The notes: generated by a model not told the origin, from the sequence alone. A DNA stretch of 64,000 nucleotides from Octopus sinensis (GCF_006345805.1 NC_043022.1:9672001-9736000), one strand, 5' to 3'; shown: positions 35,267 through 48,863, numbered from the stretch's first letter. Translations and numbers: made by a program.

Positions 35267-36303
35267 TTTCTATTTCTCATCCCTCACCCATACCCTTTCC
35301 TTCCCTCCATCACACCCTTTCCTTCCTTACCACCCTCCCACTCTTTCTTTCCTTCAGTCACTCCCACCCTCTCCTTCCTTCCCTCTCCTCCTACCTTTTC
35401 CTTCTCCCCTCACTCTCACTCTTCCCTTTGTTCATTGATTTGTTCCTTCATCCTTTTTTTCCCCTCTTTCAACAAGCTTCTTTACAGTTTCCATATATCA
35501 GTTTTCACACACTTGTATTTGGCTGACACAAAGCCTTCCTTGCAGTAACAACTGAAGACCCACATTGTGGTGAAGTGGTTTTCAAATTTTGCCACAAGGT
35601 CAACAAGTTCGGGGGGAGGGGTATGTTGATGCGACCTGAGAGCTCAAATGGTACTTATTTTATTGACCCCGAAAGGATGAGAAGCAAAGTTGACCATGGC
35701 AGTATTTGAACTCAGAACATAAAACGGTAAAGATCCTCTTTGGTCATGAAGGACCATGGAATTGCACCTACAAAGCTCCCCTCCGAGGCACAAGGCCAGG
35801 CAAGAGTGGGAGGAATGGAGGACAAGCTTCCTAACCACACAACTATGCCTGCACCTCGTCAAGCCAAGTGAAACCATAGTTGTGGTCAGCGCCAGTGGCA
35901 CATAACTGGCACCTGTGTTGGTGGTACATAAAAAGCACCCATTACTTTTTTGGAGTGGTTGGTCTTAGGAAGGGCATCCGGCTATAGAAACCATGCCAAA
36001 TCAAATTGGAACCTGGTGCAGCTCTCCAGCTGACCAGTTTTCAGTCAAGCTGTCCAACTCCTGCCAGCATGGAAAGCGGACATTAAATGATGATGACAAT
36101 GATGATGGTGTTGAAGCTTTGAGTTTTCAGCGGTGTTTTTGTATATTTTTAGAATGGCATTGTAGGTTAGGTGTGAGAGGCCAGTTTCAACATAATTTCG
36201 AGATGGAATATTTGGGCTCTGATATGGCCGGATTAAACGTTAAAGGGTCAAATATTCTTTCTTAGTGTGACACCTGTATATTTTTCTCCTTTTCCATTTC
36301 CAG

Positions 36304-36366
36304 CGGTCCAATTTAGAAAGCAGCGTGAAGGAGATGAAAGATAAATGTGATGATGAACAGAGACAA
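36304..36366 (+). CDS. EPS15: EPS15-like exon, coiled coil
   Basis: ttccag|CGG acceptor after a long pyrimidine tract, CAA|gtaagt donor; 63 nt, phase 0/0. Encodes RSNLESSVKEMKDKCDDEQRQ. Confidence 0.88.
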
Positions 36367-36889
36367 GTAAGTGGTTGGTTTTTTGTTTTCTTATTCTTCT
36401 TCTTTCTTTCTTTCTTTCTTTTTTTTTTTTTTTTTACAAATTTCTGTTTTTTAATGTGCTGAAATAGATGCAGGCAAGGCTAAGTGGTTAAGAAGTCTGC
36501 TTTGCAACCATGTGGTTTTGGATTCACTCCCTCTGCATGGCACCTTGGGCATGTTTCTTCTCCTATACCCTTGGGCCGACCAAAGCCTTGTTAGTGGATT
36601 TGATCGACAGAAACTAAAAGAAGCCTGTTTATACATCATCATCATTTAGCATCCGTTCTCCATGCTAGCATGGGTTGGACGGGTCAACTGGGGTCTGTGA
36701 AGCTGGAAGGCTTCGTCAGGCCCAGTCAGATCTGGCAGTGTTTCTACGGCTGGATGCCCTTCCTAACGCCAACCACTCCGCGAGTGTAGTGGGTGTTTTT
36801 TACGTGCCACCTGCACAGGTGCCAGACAGAGCTGGCAAACGGCCACGAACGGATGGTGCTTTTACATGTCACCGGCACGGGGCCAGGCG

Positions 36890-36921
<32 letters not shown>

Positions 36922-37351
36922 CACACACACACACACATACATAAAGGTGTAGACGTAGCTGTGTGGTAAAAAGCTTGCTTCTCAGCCACATGCTTCTGGG
37001 TTCAGTCCTTCTGCATGGCACCTTGGGTATGTGTCTTCTACTATAGTCTCTGGTCAACCAAACCTGTGCGAGTGGATTTGGTAGACGGAAACTGAAAGGC
37101 CCGTCATACATATGTATGTACATACATACATACATACACACACACACATACATGCATACACACACACACACACATACATACATACATACATAATTATGTC
37201 TGTTGGATGGCTGGTGTCGGAAGGGCGTCTCGCCATAAAAACCCTGCCAAAATAGACAGAAATCTGGTGGGTGCTCCCGCCTGGCCAGCTCCCATCAAAC
37301 TGTCTGACTCATGCTACCATGGAAGTTGGATGTTAAATGATGATGATGACG

Positions 37352-37382
<31 letters not shown>

Positions 37383-37607
37383 TTTATATATATATATGTA
37401 TTTGTGTGTGTGTCCTTCTACCTGTTCTTGTAACCCCCTCCCTCCACTTGACAACCAATGTTGGTATATTTACATCCACACAATGTAGTAGTTTAACAAA
37501 AGAGACTGACAGAATAAGCACCAGGCTTAAAAAGTACTGGGGTTGACAGGCAGTGCCCCAGCATGACCAGAGTCTAATGGCTGAAATAAGTAAAAGATAA
37601 AGATATA

Positions 37608-38016
37608 GGTGTAGGAGTGGCTGTATGGTAAGTAGCTTGCTTACGAACCGCATGCATCTAGGTTCAGTCGCACTGTGTGGCACCTTGGGCAAGTGTCTTC
37701 TACTATAACCTCGGGCTGACCAAAGCCTTGTGAATGGATTTGGTAGACGGAAACTGAAAGAAGCCCGTCGTATATATGTGTATATATATATATATGCATG
37801 TGTGTGTATGTTTGTGTGTCTGTGTTTGTCCCACCAACATCGCTTGACAACCAATGCTGGTGTGCTTATGTCACCGTAACTTAGCGGTTCCGCAAAAGAG
37901 ACCGATAGAATAAGTACTAGGCTTACAAAGAATGAGTCCTGGAGGCGATTTGCTCGACTAAATGCGGTGCTCCAGCATGGCCGCAGTCAAATGACTGAAA
38001 CAAGTAAAAGAGTAAA
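37608..38016 (+). mobile_element. SINE family A (full length)
   Basis: Same head, core and tail as 26554-26955; ends ~80 bp before an EPS15 acceptor. Confidence 0.8.
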
Positions 38017-38097
38017 GAGAGAGAGAGAATATAAAATTAAAGATATTTTTTATTTTTGACTGCAGAATGTTTTTTAAACTCGTTTGTGTAATTTCAG

Positions 38098-38145
38098 ATT
38101 GATGAATACAAACTGAAGATATCAAATCAAGAAAAATCTGTTCAA
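38098..38145 (+). CDS. EPS15: EPS15-like exon, coiled coil (last one found in window)
   Basis: tttcag|ATT acceptor, CAA|gtaagc donor; 48 nt, phase 0/0. Encodes IDEYKLKISNQEKSVQ, continuing the heptad pattern. Confidence 0.82.
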
Positions 38146-38207
38146 GTAAGCAACTTAATGTAATTTGTATACATTTATGAGTATAAAACATGCCATTTTT
38201 ACATATA

Positions 38208-38437
38208 CAGGGTGGTCGCTAGAAAATTTGAAAAATTTGTGAAAAGCCGTTTTATATTTTCGCAAGATCTATTTGAAGTAAACAATAAGCATCACAAAGC
38301 ATAATATAAATATCAACACTCACAAATGTTGAAAATGAAACAATAAATCAGAAACAATAAATCAGAAACCACCGATCACAAAGTTTATTGATGAGCCAAT
38401 TAATGTTCGTTAATTTTCCACTTTTCTAGCGAGCACC

Positions 38438-38440
<3 letters not shown>
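38208..38440. mobile_element. Tc1/mariner-type MITE
   Basis: TA-CAGGGTGGTCGCTAGAAAA...TTTTCTAGCGAGCACCCTG-TA. Confidence 0.8.
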
Positions 38441-38468
<28 letters not shown>

Positions 38469-38469
38469 A

Positions 38470-38514
<45 letters not shown>

Positions 38515-38535
38515 TATATATAAAAATGGTAAAAG

Positions 38536-38638
38536 AACTACAGAAGGCTTGTGTTATATGGTTAAAGAATTTATTTAAATCGTTATGTTAATGATTTTAA
38601 TATATTCTTTAACCATATAACACAAGCCTTCTGTAGTT
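38536..38638. repeat. 35-bp perfect inverted repeat with a 33-nt spacer
   Basis: aactacagaaggcttgtgttatatggttaaagaat and its reverse complement; between (TA)n tracts. Confidence 0.85.
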
Positions 38639-38700
38639 TTTTCACTCTTTTTCTGTCTTTTATACATCCAACCACATGCTTTCACATACCAACTCTCTCA

Positions 38701-38770
<70 letters not shown>

Positions 38771-39547
38771 TATATGATAATGAGAATGAAGAAGTTGAAC
38801 ATTCAAACTTTCTGTTTCTTTCCATTTAGCTTATTGATAATAATTGTCTGATGCATGTTTCTTGCACCCTAAGTTGCACTGTAAGTGGCCAAGAAAAGAA
38901 ATAAACTGTAAATGTTGGATGGGAGTTTAAGGAAGTTTACTTAAAAAATTGCACCATCTGAAGGAACCAGCCTTGGCATTTTACTTCTATATATATATAT
39001 GTATGTATGTTTATATATATGTATATATAGATATATGTATATATAGATATATGTATATACATATATGTATATATGTATGTGTATATATATGTATATATAG
39101 ATATATGTATATACATATATGTATATATATATGTATGTTTGTGTATATATATGTATGTATGTATATAAATATATATATATGTATATATGTGTGTATATAT
39201 GTGTATATATATATATATGTATGTATATATGTGTATATATATATAAATATATATATATAAAATGTGTGTATATATATATATATATCTATATATGTATGTG
39301 TATATATATCATATATATATACATATATATATATATATACAAATATATATATATACATATATATGTCTACATACATGTATATATATATGTATATTTTTAT
39401 ATATATATATATATATATGTATACATGTGTATATATATATGTGTGTGTGTGTGTGTATATATATATGTATTATATATGTATATATATTATGTATGTATAT
39501 ATATATTTAGATATGTATATATATATATTATATATGTATGTATGTAT

Positions 39548-39592
<45 letters not shown>

Positions 39593-39604
39593 TATGTATG
39601 TATG

Positions 39605-39654
<50 letters not shown>

Positions 39655-40814
39655 GATACGTTTGTGTGTGTGTATTGTTGTTGCTTAATACTAGGTCCTC
39701 CCTAATCAAGCTGACCTCTAACTAAAGCCATCCCAGCCATGACCATCTTATTTACCCAGGAGCACATAGGTTTCATTGTGATGCAGTCACCGGAATTTAT
39801 GTTTGCTTCCATTTGCTTGCATGCTGAGTGACGGATGGACATTGTAAATGTGACAGTTGCTAACGTATGTAGTGTTGTTGCTATGGCGGTGAGCTGCCAG
39901 AGTCGTTGGCACGTCGGGGTAAATGCTTAGCGGCATTTCGCCCGTCAGTATGTTCTGAGTTCAAATTCCGCTGAGGTCGACTTTGCCTCTCATTTTTCTG
40001 AGGTTGATAAAATAAGTACCAGTTGTGTGCTGGCGGTCGATGCAATTGACTTAACCCCTTCCCTGAAATTGCTAGCCTGGGGCCAAATTTGAAAATCAAT
40101 ATTTTATGCATGCTTTTTCTGCTTATTTATTTTTTTTTTTATATTTTGTATTATGAATGAAGGATAGTTTCTGTTGGTGTTGTTTGTTTAAGCTCTAAAT
40201 TACTTTCTTGTTTGGTAGACCTATGATCAAAAGCACTCCATCCACGACCATCCTGCATGTTTAAAATTTTTATATAAGAGACTACATTGATCAATGTCAC
40301 TTGTTTTTTATTTTTTATACAGTGGAAGGGAAATTGAGGGAGATGTGACTGCTATTTCTAGTATATTGAGCCATTGCTTAGGATCTTTATAATAGGTCAT
40401 AGCCAATTGGTTAAGCAATTTGCTTTGCAATTATATGGTCTTTAGTTTAATTTAGTGCACAGTACCTTGGGCAAGTGTACTGTCCAGTTGCTCTGGCCTT
40501 ACTTAACCCCATGGCATTCAGATTACTCGGTCAAATATCATGTTTTTTTCTCCACATCATTTTGAATATATCATGTGTTATCTCATAGCTTTGAGATTCT
40601 GTTGATGTAGTTGTGTATTTTTACGATGATATTCTTGGGTAGGTGTGAGAGGTCAGATCTGGCTAGTTTGAACATAAAACAGGAAACAGGTAGAATTAGA
40701 ATGTTTGGGTAGGTGTGAGAAGTGAGATCTGGCTAGTTTGGTTGTTGCAGCCTCCATATTCTTTCTTGCCGTTTCTCTTCTTTCCTCTGTTGTTCAGCTT
40801 CAAAATCATCTGTC

Positions 40815-41250
40815 ACATCATCATCATTGTTCGACCGTGGTCGAGACAATGGAATTTACTATGCTACGCCAGACTTCACGGTCCATCATAGCATTACGGA
40901 GGTCCTGTTGCTGGATGCCTGTATCCCTGGAGATTACATCAGGGTAGGAGAGTGTGTGCCCTCTGGTATCGCGAGCAGATGGCTTCCAGAGGAGAAGAGT
41001 AGAAATTACCTCATTTTCAGCTCTACAACAATGTCCAGCAAACTAGACTCTTCTACCTTTCACAAGAGATGATACAGGTGGTAGTTTCCCATATATTTGC
41101 ATTTTGGTTGGATGACGCTTCCACGAAAGATTTTGAGCTCTCATAAGGAGGCAAGTTTAAGTTCCATCCAACCGCCTCTCAAGCTTCTTTGATAACGCCC
41201 AGGTTTCTGAGCCATTTAGTAGAATTGGTTTGACTGTGGCTTTGAAGATT
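40815..41250 (-). mobile_element. Second RTE-family LINE 3' end, inserted into another LINE
   Basis: KIFKATVKPILLNGSETWALSKKLERRLDGT*...FAGHCCRAENEVISTLLLWKPSARDTRGHTLSYPDVISRDTG...MMDREVWRSIV, then a (TGA)n tail. Confidence 0.75.
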
Positions 41251-41454
41251 TTAAGTGGAGATAGAATGATGCCAGTCAGGACTGTCCTGAGCTTCAATGC
41301 CCCAGGCTGTGGGATCAATTTCAGGCAGTTCCAGGTTTTGCCTCAGCTGGTCTTTGTATTGATGGAGGGTACAGCCACGGAGCCTTCTTTCAGTGGAAAG
41401 TTCACCATATAAAATTTGACAAGGCAGCCTGATCTCTTTCATTCTTGCTACATG
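41251..41454 (-). mobile_element. Host RTE LINE fragment (continues at 40740-40815)
   Basis: HVARMKEIRLPCQILYGELSTERRLRG...YKDQLRQNL...IDPTAW...DSPDWHHSI, resuming as DDFEAEQQRKEEKRQER beyond the insert. Confidence 0.65.
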
Positions 41455-41692
41455 GTTGTCAAGCGATGTTGGGGGGGACAAACACAGACACACAAACATA
41501 TACACACATATATATCTATATACATATATATGACGGCTTCTTTCAGTTTCTGTCTACCAAATCCACTCACAAGGCTTTGGTTGATCTGAGGCTATAGTAG
41601 AAGACACTTGCCCAAGGTGCCACGCAGTGGGATTGAACCCGGAACCATGTGGTTTGTAAACAAGCTACTTACCACACAGCCACTCCTACGCC
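41455..41692 (-). mobile_element. SINE family A, tail-truncated
   Basis: Head at 41692 (ggcgtaggagtggctgtgtgg on the minus strand). Confidence 0.7.
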
Positions 41693-43649
41693 TTTTTTTT
41701 TTCTTTTAAAGAAATTTAAAGGAAAATACTCTGATTGATGAGAAAATGAATCCCAACTACCTTTCTGTGTGCCCAATTTGTGACAGACCATGCATTTCTC
41801 TTGTTGGGCTCAAATCTCTTTTGTGGACCCTAGGAAAACAAATCTCCACCAACTACTTGGCCTATCTATCTGTGCACACTTGAGAATGCTATGTATGCCA
41901 TAAAATCTGCAAATCTAAGGGAGGACCCCAAAAAGACATTCTAAGATCTAGAAAGATCTGAACTTAACTGCGGTGCTTGGAGATCCCAAAACGGATAGGC
42001 AGTTTATGTGAGTGTCTTTTTCAAACATTGATTTAAAAAAGCCACATTGGACAGCATGACATATCTAAGGTGTAAGTACAAGAGGTGGTCACACTCTGCA
42101 TTAAGGAGTACACAATAACCATATATATATATATATATAATCATCATCATCATTTAATGTCCGCTTTCCATGCTAGCATGGGCTGGACTATTTGACTGGG
42201 GTCTGGCGAACCAGACTCCAATCTGATCTGGCAGAGTTTCTACAGCTGGATGCCCTTCCTAACGCCAACCACTCCGTACTGGCAACGGCCACGCCCAAAT
42301 GGTGCTTTTTACGTGCCACCTGCACAGGAGCCAGTCCAGCGGCACTGGCGACGACCTCGCTCGAATATTTCACATCCCACCAGCACAAGTGCTAGTAATA
42401 TATATATATATATATATATATATATTGATCTAGAGAAATGCTAAAGAATGCATGCAGCCCCTGTTAGGTTCCTATAATGTATTTTCAGTGATGCCACCTT
42501 CCCTCACCTTGTTGCAAACCAGTAAGGAACCACCACTCTATCTCCAGTGTTAGAAAACAACCAGTAGGCTTCTATAAGCTTTTGTTAGAAAGCCGATTCA
42601 TAAATAATTTAGCAAACAATTGATTCGTTGGTTATTAATAATACCATTTCTCCCTCTCTCTATGTCTGTCTGTCTGTCTCTCTCTCTCACCAATGTATTC
42701 TTCCATGCCAATACTGTATCCTTTCCTAGATATTTCTATTCTTAATTTAATATTATTATTATTATTATTATTTTTATTGTTTTTGTTGTAGGTGGTCGAT
42801 GTGGTGATGGTTGTTTTCTTAGCTCTTGTTGTTTTAGTTTCTGTTGCTGTTGTTGTTGTTGTTCTGGTTCTGTTTCTGGTTTTGCTATTGTTACTGCTAA
42901 CAATGGTTTCTACTTAGAGAAGGAGCTGCTATAACTCGCCACCCCCCTCCACACACCTCCCTCCAAACACATATAGATTTTTTTTTTATCCTTCATTTCT
43001 TTTTTGTATAATAATTTTTTTGCATATTTTTTGTTTATACATTCCCCCTCCTTTCATATCACTTCTATATGTAATTGTGTGTGTGTGTGTGTGTAGTGTG
43101 TGTGTGTAGTGTGTAGTGTGTGTGTGTAGTGTGTGTGTGTAGTGTGTGTATTATATTTATATATATAAATATAGAAGTAAGTTTATATATATTATATATT
43201 TATTGATGTATTATATACATATATATATATATATTTATTTGTATGTGTATTAAATAAATATGTCGTGTATGTGTGTGAGAGTACACACAGATATGCACTC
43301 ATAATTTGTGTGTGTATATTATTTACATATATTATTTACATATATAATATTTACATATATATATATACATATATATATATATATGTCGTATGTGTGTATT
43401 CATATACATATGTACATACACACACACACACAAGTCCATCCATTCCATGCATGCATACATACATACACACATATGTACATATTCTTATAATTGCTAGATC
43501 TTGTGAGCAATAACCTTGTTGGGCATATGCACTGTAGGAGAAATCGAGCAAGGAGCAATCAATCAATCAATCAATCTAGCAATCAATCACTGCTTCATTA
43601 CCTCAGAAACACATTATGCCTGCCTCTGTGTGTGTGTGTGTGTGTATAC

Positions 43650-43962
43650 CTGTGTCGGTGGCACATAAAAACACCATCCGAGCGTGGCCGTCTGCCAGCC
43701 TCGTCTGGCACCTGTGTCGGTGGCACATAAAAAACACCATCCGAGCGTGGCCGTTTGCCAGCCTCGTCTGGCACCTGTGTCGGTGGCACATAAAATCACC
43801 CACTACACTCTCGGAGTGGTTGGCGTTAGGAAGGGCATCCAGCTGTAGAAACACTGCCAGATCTGACTGGACTGGTGCAGCTTTCGGGCTCCCCAGACCC
43901 CAGTTGAACCGTCCAACCCATGCTAGCATGGAAAGCGGACGTTAAATGATGATGATGATGAT
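43650..43962 (+). mobile_element. RTE LINE 3' UTR copy with internal ~58-bp tandem units
   Basis: cctgtgtcggtggcacataaaa occurs three times, then the standard 3' end. Confidence 0.75.
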
Positions 43963-44029
43963 ATATATAGTGTACACTTTAAAATAATGGTTTAAAATTA
44001 AATAAATACTTCATTGAATATTTGTCTTG

Positions 44030-44082
44030 TTGACCATTTGATGATCATCACATGTCAATACACACACACATATACATATATT

Positions 44083-44119
<37 letters not shown>

Positions 44120-44264
44120 GTGCATTCACACACAAACACTCACTCACATAGTGAGTGAGTGTTTGTGTATGAATGCATATATATATATACATACACACAC
44201 ACACAAATATATGTATGTGTATTGACATGTGATGATCGTAAAGTCAAATGGTCAAATGGTATAC

Positions 44265-44299
<35 letters not shown>

Positions 44300-44430
44300 G
44301 TGCATTCACACACAAACACTCACTCACATAGTGAGTGAGTGTTTGTGTATGAATGCATATATATATATACATACACACACACACAAATATATGTATGTGT
44401 ATTGACATGTGATGATCGTCAAATGGTCAA
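44030..44430. repeat. ~225-bp foldback followed by a 180-bp tandem copy
   Basis: Centre tgcattcacacacaaacactcactcac-ATA-gtgagtgagtgtttgtgtatgaatgca at 44121-44177 and again at 44301-44357. Confidence 0.85.
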
Positions 44431-44435
44431 ATGGT

Positions 44436-44491
<56 letters not shown>

Positions 44492-44851
44492 ATGTTAGCA
44501 TGTAATAAGTGTGGAAATGTGTTTATACATGATGATGATGAGTAACAATAATAATAATAATAGTAATCATAGTAATAATAATAATAATTAAGGTGGTGAA
44601 CTGGAAAATCGTTCTTGCATTGGACAAAAATGCTTAGCAGCATCTCTTCTGACTTTATGTTCTGAGTTCATATCCTACTGCGGTTGAATGCACTTGGGGT
44701 TGATGTAATCAACCTACCCCCTCCCGTCCCTGAAATTGCTGGCCTTGTGCGAAACTTTTAAGCCAATAGTAATAAGTGCTTGACTCAGCTCCACATTACT
44801 CAGGGTTTCATATGTGCAAATGAATAACTACACAGAAGAAGGAGAATATAA

Positions 44852-46160
44852 CCCTTTAGCATTGATATTTTCTGGTCAAATTTATTCCTTATTTATTCAC
44901 TTTGCTTTGAATTAATCACATTATTTTGTAGCTTCAACATTTCAATGATGTGTTTGTATGTTTTTAAAATGACATCGTAGAGTAGGTGTGGTCAGAATGA
45001 CATTGTAGGCATGGTTAAAAGGATATTGTAGGGTGGGTGTGGACAGAATGACATTGTAAGAAAGGTGTGGTCAGAATGTCATTATAGGGTAGGCATGAGT
45101 AGAATGACATTGTAGGGTAGGCATGGTCAGAATGACATTGTAGAGTAGGCATGGTTAAAATGATGTAGGGTGGGTGTGGTCAGAATGACATTGTAAGGAA
45201 GGTGTGGTCAGAATGTCATTATAGGGTAGGCATGGTTAGAATGACATTGTAGGGTAGGCATGGTTAGAATGACATTGTAGGATAGGTGTGGTTAGAATGA
45301 CATTATAGATTAGGCATGGTTAAAATGACATTGTAGGGTAGGCGTGGTCAGAATGACATTGTAGGGTAGGCATGGTTAGAATGACATTATAGAGTAGGCA
45401 TGGTTAAAATGATATTGTAAGGTGGGTGTGGTCAGAATGATATTGTAAGGAAGGTGTGGTCAGAATGACATTGTAGAGTAGGCATGTTTAGAATGACATT
45501 GTAGGGTAGGCATGGTTAAAATGACATTGTAGGGTAGGTGTGGTCAGAATGAAATTGTGGATGTAGTCAGAATGACATTGTAGGGTAGGCATGGTTAAAA
45601 TGACCTTGTAGGGTGGTTGTGGTCAGAATGACATTGTAGGGTAGGCATGGTTAAAATGACCTTGTAGGGTGGTTGTGGTCAGAATGACATTGTAGGGTAG
45701 GTTTGGTCAGAATGACATTGTAGGGTAGGCGTGGTCAGAATGACATTGTAGGGTGGGTGTGGTCAGAATGACATTATAGGGTAGGCATGGTTAGAATGAC
45801 ATTGTAGGGTAGGCATGGTTAAAATGACATTGTAGGATGGGTGTGGTCAGAATGACATTGTAGAGTAGGCATGTTTAGAATGACATTGTAGGGTAGGCAT
45901 GGTTAAAATGACATTGTAGTGGGTGTGGTCAGAATGACATTGTAGGGAAGGTGTGGTCAGAATGACATTGTAGAGTAGGCATGGTTAAAATGACATTGTA
46001 GTGTGGGTGTGGTAAGAAGGACATTGTGGGGTAGGTGTGGTCAGAATGACATTATAGGGTAGGCATGGTTAGAATGACATTGCAGGGTGGGTGTGGTCAG
46101 TTTTAACATAAAATAGGTAGAATATTTGGGCCGAGTATGGCTGGATTAAATGCTAAAGGG
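44852..46160. mobile_element. Same piggyBac-like MITE family, expanded by an internal minisatellite
   Basis: ATAA-CCCTTTAGCATT...AATGCTAAAGGG-TTAA enclosing the 28-bp array. Confidence 0.75.
44965..46100. repeat. 28-bp minisatellite, ~40 units
   Basis: Consensus AATGACATTGTAGGGTAGGYRTGGTYAG. Confidence 0.95.
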
Positions 46161-46739
46161 TTAAAGACTGTTTGTAAATAAGACTATTTGGTGGGCATCG
46201 TTGGTCAGTTCAGGTCACATGAATAGCTTGATAATATAGCAACACCAGAATCTCATACATGTTTCCATGTGGTGAACTCGACAGTCAAGTGGTGTCAGTT
46301 AGACAGTGACGAGTTGAACTTCGGAACCCTACGTTATCAAATAGTGATAGCAAAAGGAAGAGGCTGTTCCACATGGTGAGGTGACCAGTCTAGTGGTAAC
46401 ATATTGTGTATCAGCTTATGTACTGTGCATAGCTCTGTGGCTAAATGTAGCCGAGTGCTCATTTGACATGATGTTGACATGCAGGAGGGAAGCAATCTTA
46501 TGGTAAATGAGCTGTAGTTGTTTCTACTATAATTGTTGGCCAGACAAGATTAAGGTGGTCTTCCCAGGGTAGGGATAGCCCCAGTGGTTTGAAGATCATT
46601 TACAGAGCGTATCTTTAACATTGATCTGTTTTCTTATTGATGTATGTATGTAAAAATGTTTGTGCATGTGTCTGTGTGTGTGTGTGTGTGTCTATACATG
46701 TATGTATGGATATGTGTATATGTATGTTCGTATTTGTTG

Positions 46740-46790
<51 letters not shown>

Positions 46791-48278
46791 GTGTATATGT
46801 GCACACACACACACACACATATGTGTGTGTGTAAAGTGGTTGATGTTAAAAAAGGCATCCAACCATAGAAACCATGTCAAAACAGACAGGGAGCCTGAAT
46901 AGCCCCTCAGCTGGCCAGCTCCTGTCAAACTGTCAAACCCATGCAAGCATGGAAAACAGACATTAATTGATGATAATGATGATGATTGTGTGTGTGCATA
47001 TATATATATATATATATTTATATGTAGAAGGGCAGACATGGCTGGTATGTGCATGGCTGTATGATTGAGAACCTTGCTTCTCAACCATTTCGTTTTTGGT
47101 TCGTGGCCATGCTGTAGCAATACCTTAAAGGGTTTTAGTTGAAGAAATAGAGCCCAGGATTTACTCTTTGTAGCCCAAATACTTATTCTGTCAGTCTCTT
47201 TTGCCGAACTACTAGGTTACAGGGATGTAAACACACCAACATTGGTTGTGAAGCAATTGTGGGGTGACAAAGACAGACAGACACACACACCACACACACA
47301 CATATCCTCTTTGCTAGAACACTTTATTTTGTTGCATCTTGGGTGGGTTGTTATGCCAATAATAAACACATACACTGGTTCTCTTTCACTTCTTTTATTT
47401 ATCATTATTAGTCAGTTGGTTAGCCATTTAGCCAATTAAGAATTGATTGATTAATCTTTTGGTCAGTTAATCAAGTAGGTTTTCCGAAGTAATTTCGTTA
47501 CCATTCACAACCTCATCCATGATGCATCCTCTCTATTCTATGTCAAAGCAGACTTCCTCAAAAATAATTAGTTAATTGATCACCTAATTAATCAAACTGT
47601 CAGTTAATCAGTTAAATGGTACTACTAATAAATGCTTCAAATTTTGGCACAGGACCAGCAGTTTTGGGGGAGGGGGTAAGTCGATTATAGTGATCCTCAG
47701 TGTACAGCTGGTATTTATTTTTTTGACCCTGAAAGGATAAAGGGCAAGGTTGGCCCTGTTGGCATTTGAACTCAGATCGTAATGACAAAGAAAATGCCGC
47801 TAAGCATTTTGTCTGGTGTGCTTATACTTCTGCTAGTTTGCTGCTTTGCTGCTGCTGCTGATGATGATAGCAGTAGTAGTAGTAATAATAATAGTAAAAA
47901 TAATAAAAGAAGTAAAATAGAGCCAGTGCGTGTGTGTGTGTGTGTTTTGTTGGCATAATGACCTTCCCAAGATACAACAAATTGTTTTAGTACACTAGTT
48001 CACTGCATGTGTAAATATGCATTCACATGCACACACACACACATCAACCCACACTCCCACACGTGTTTTCAGTATTCTTTTGGTTAATGCATGTTTATTG
48101 CATTAACCATGTTGGTGTTTTTTTTTTAAATTCATGTTTGTCTGGCCGTATATTAACCGTTAATTAAAATTCTGTTAATTGTTAGTTTTGGCTGTTCATA
48201 TACATACATCGTTTTGTTGTGAAAATATTATGCTTGTTATCGTTATGGATACATAAACACACACACACATATATGTGC

Positions 48279-48313
<35 letters not shown>

Positions 48314-48573
48314 TATGCGTATGTATAATTTGTATATATCATCATTAGTTAGTGACTGTTTTCCATGTTGGCAAATATATATGTGTGCATATATAAAAAA
48401 ATACAATTTTCATGAACAATAGGGGTTTATTGACGTATAAGGCTGTAAATTTTTCCCATATCAAAAATTAACAAGCTGGAAAAAAGGTTATTTTATAGTT
48501 CACAGTTAGTAACTGGGGTTGCTGTGTATTCGAATAAAAATCCAAATTTAGGGAATACAGCAGGTAAAATCCA

Positions 48574-48657
48574 GGCTACATATGTTTCATGGGTAGCAGA
48601 ACCTTAGAAGTAGTAATTATGCATACGAGGGGTACTTGGCTAGCTACTCATCAGGCC
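48574..48657 (-). ncRNA. Hammerhead-like motif, copy 1
   Basis: Minus strand: GGC-CTGATGA-GTAGC...GCTAC-ccat-GAAAC-ATAT-GTA-GCC. Palindromic ATAT loop in stem III; stem II register offset by 4 nt. Confidence 0.5.
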
Positions 48658-48830
48658 GAATATACCTTGGTCAAATGAAGATTACATTGTTATCAAAGGA
48701 TCCCATATTAACTCACCAGAGATTTGGATTTTTATTCGCATATACAGAAACCCCAGTTGCTAACCACAAACCATGAAAAAACCTTTTTTCAGCTTATTTA
48801 ACTCTTCAGATATGTGTGCATATCTCTATA

Positions 48831-48863
<33 letters not shown>

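Noticed and set aside
38830-38880. In-frame 51-nt AG...GTAAGT segment (LIDNNCLMHVSCTLSCT)
   Set aside because: The Cys-rich peptide does not fit the EPS15 coiled coil; likely a pseudo-exon.
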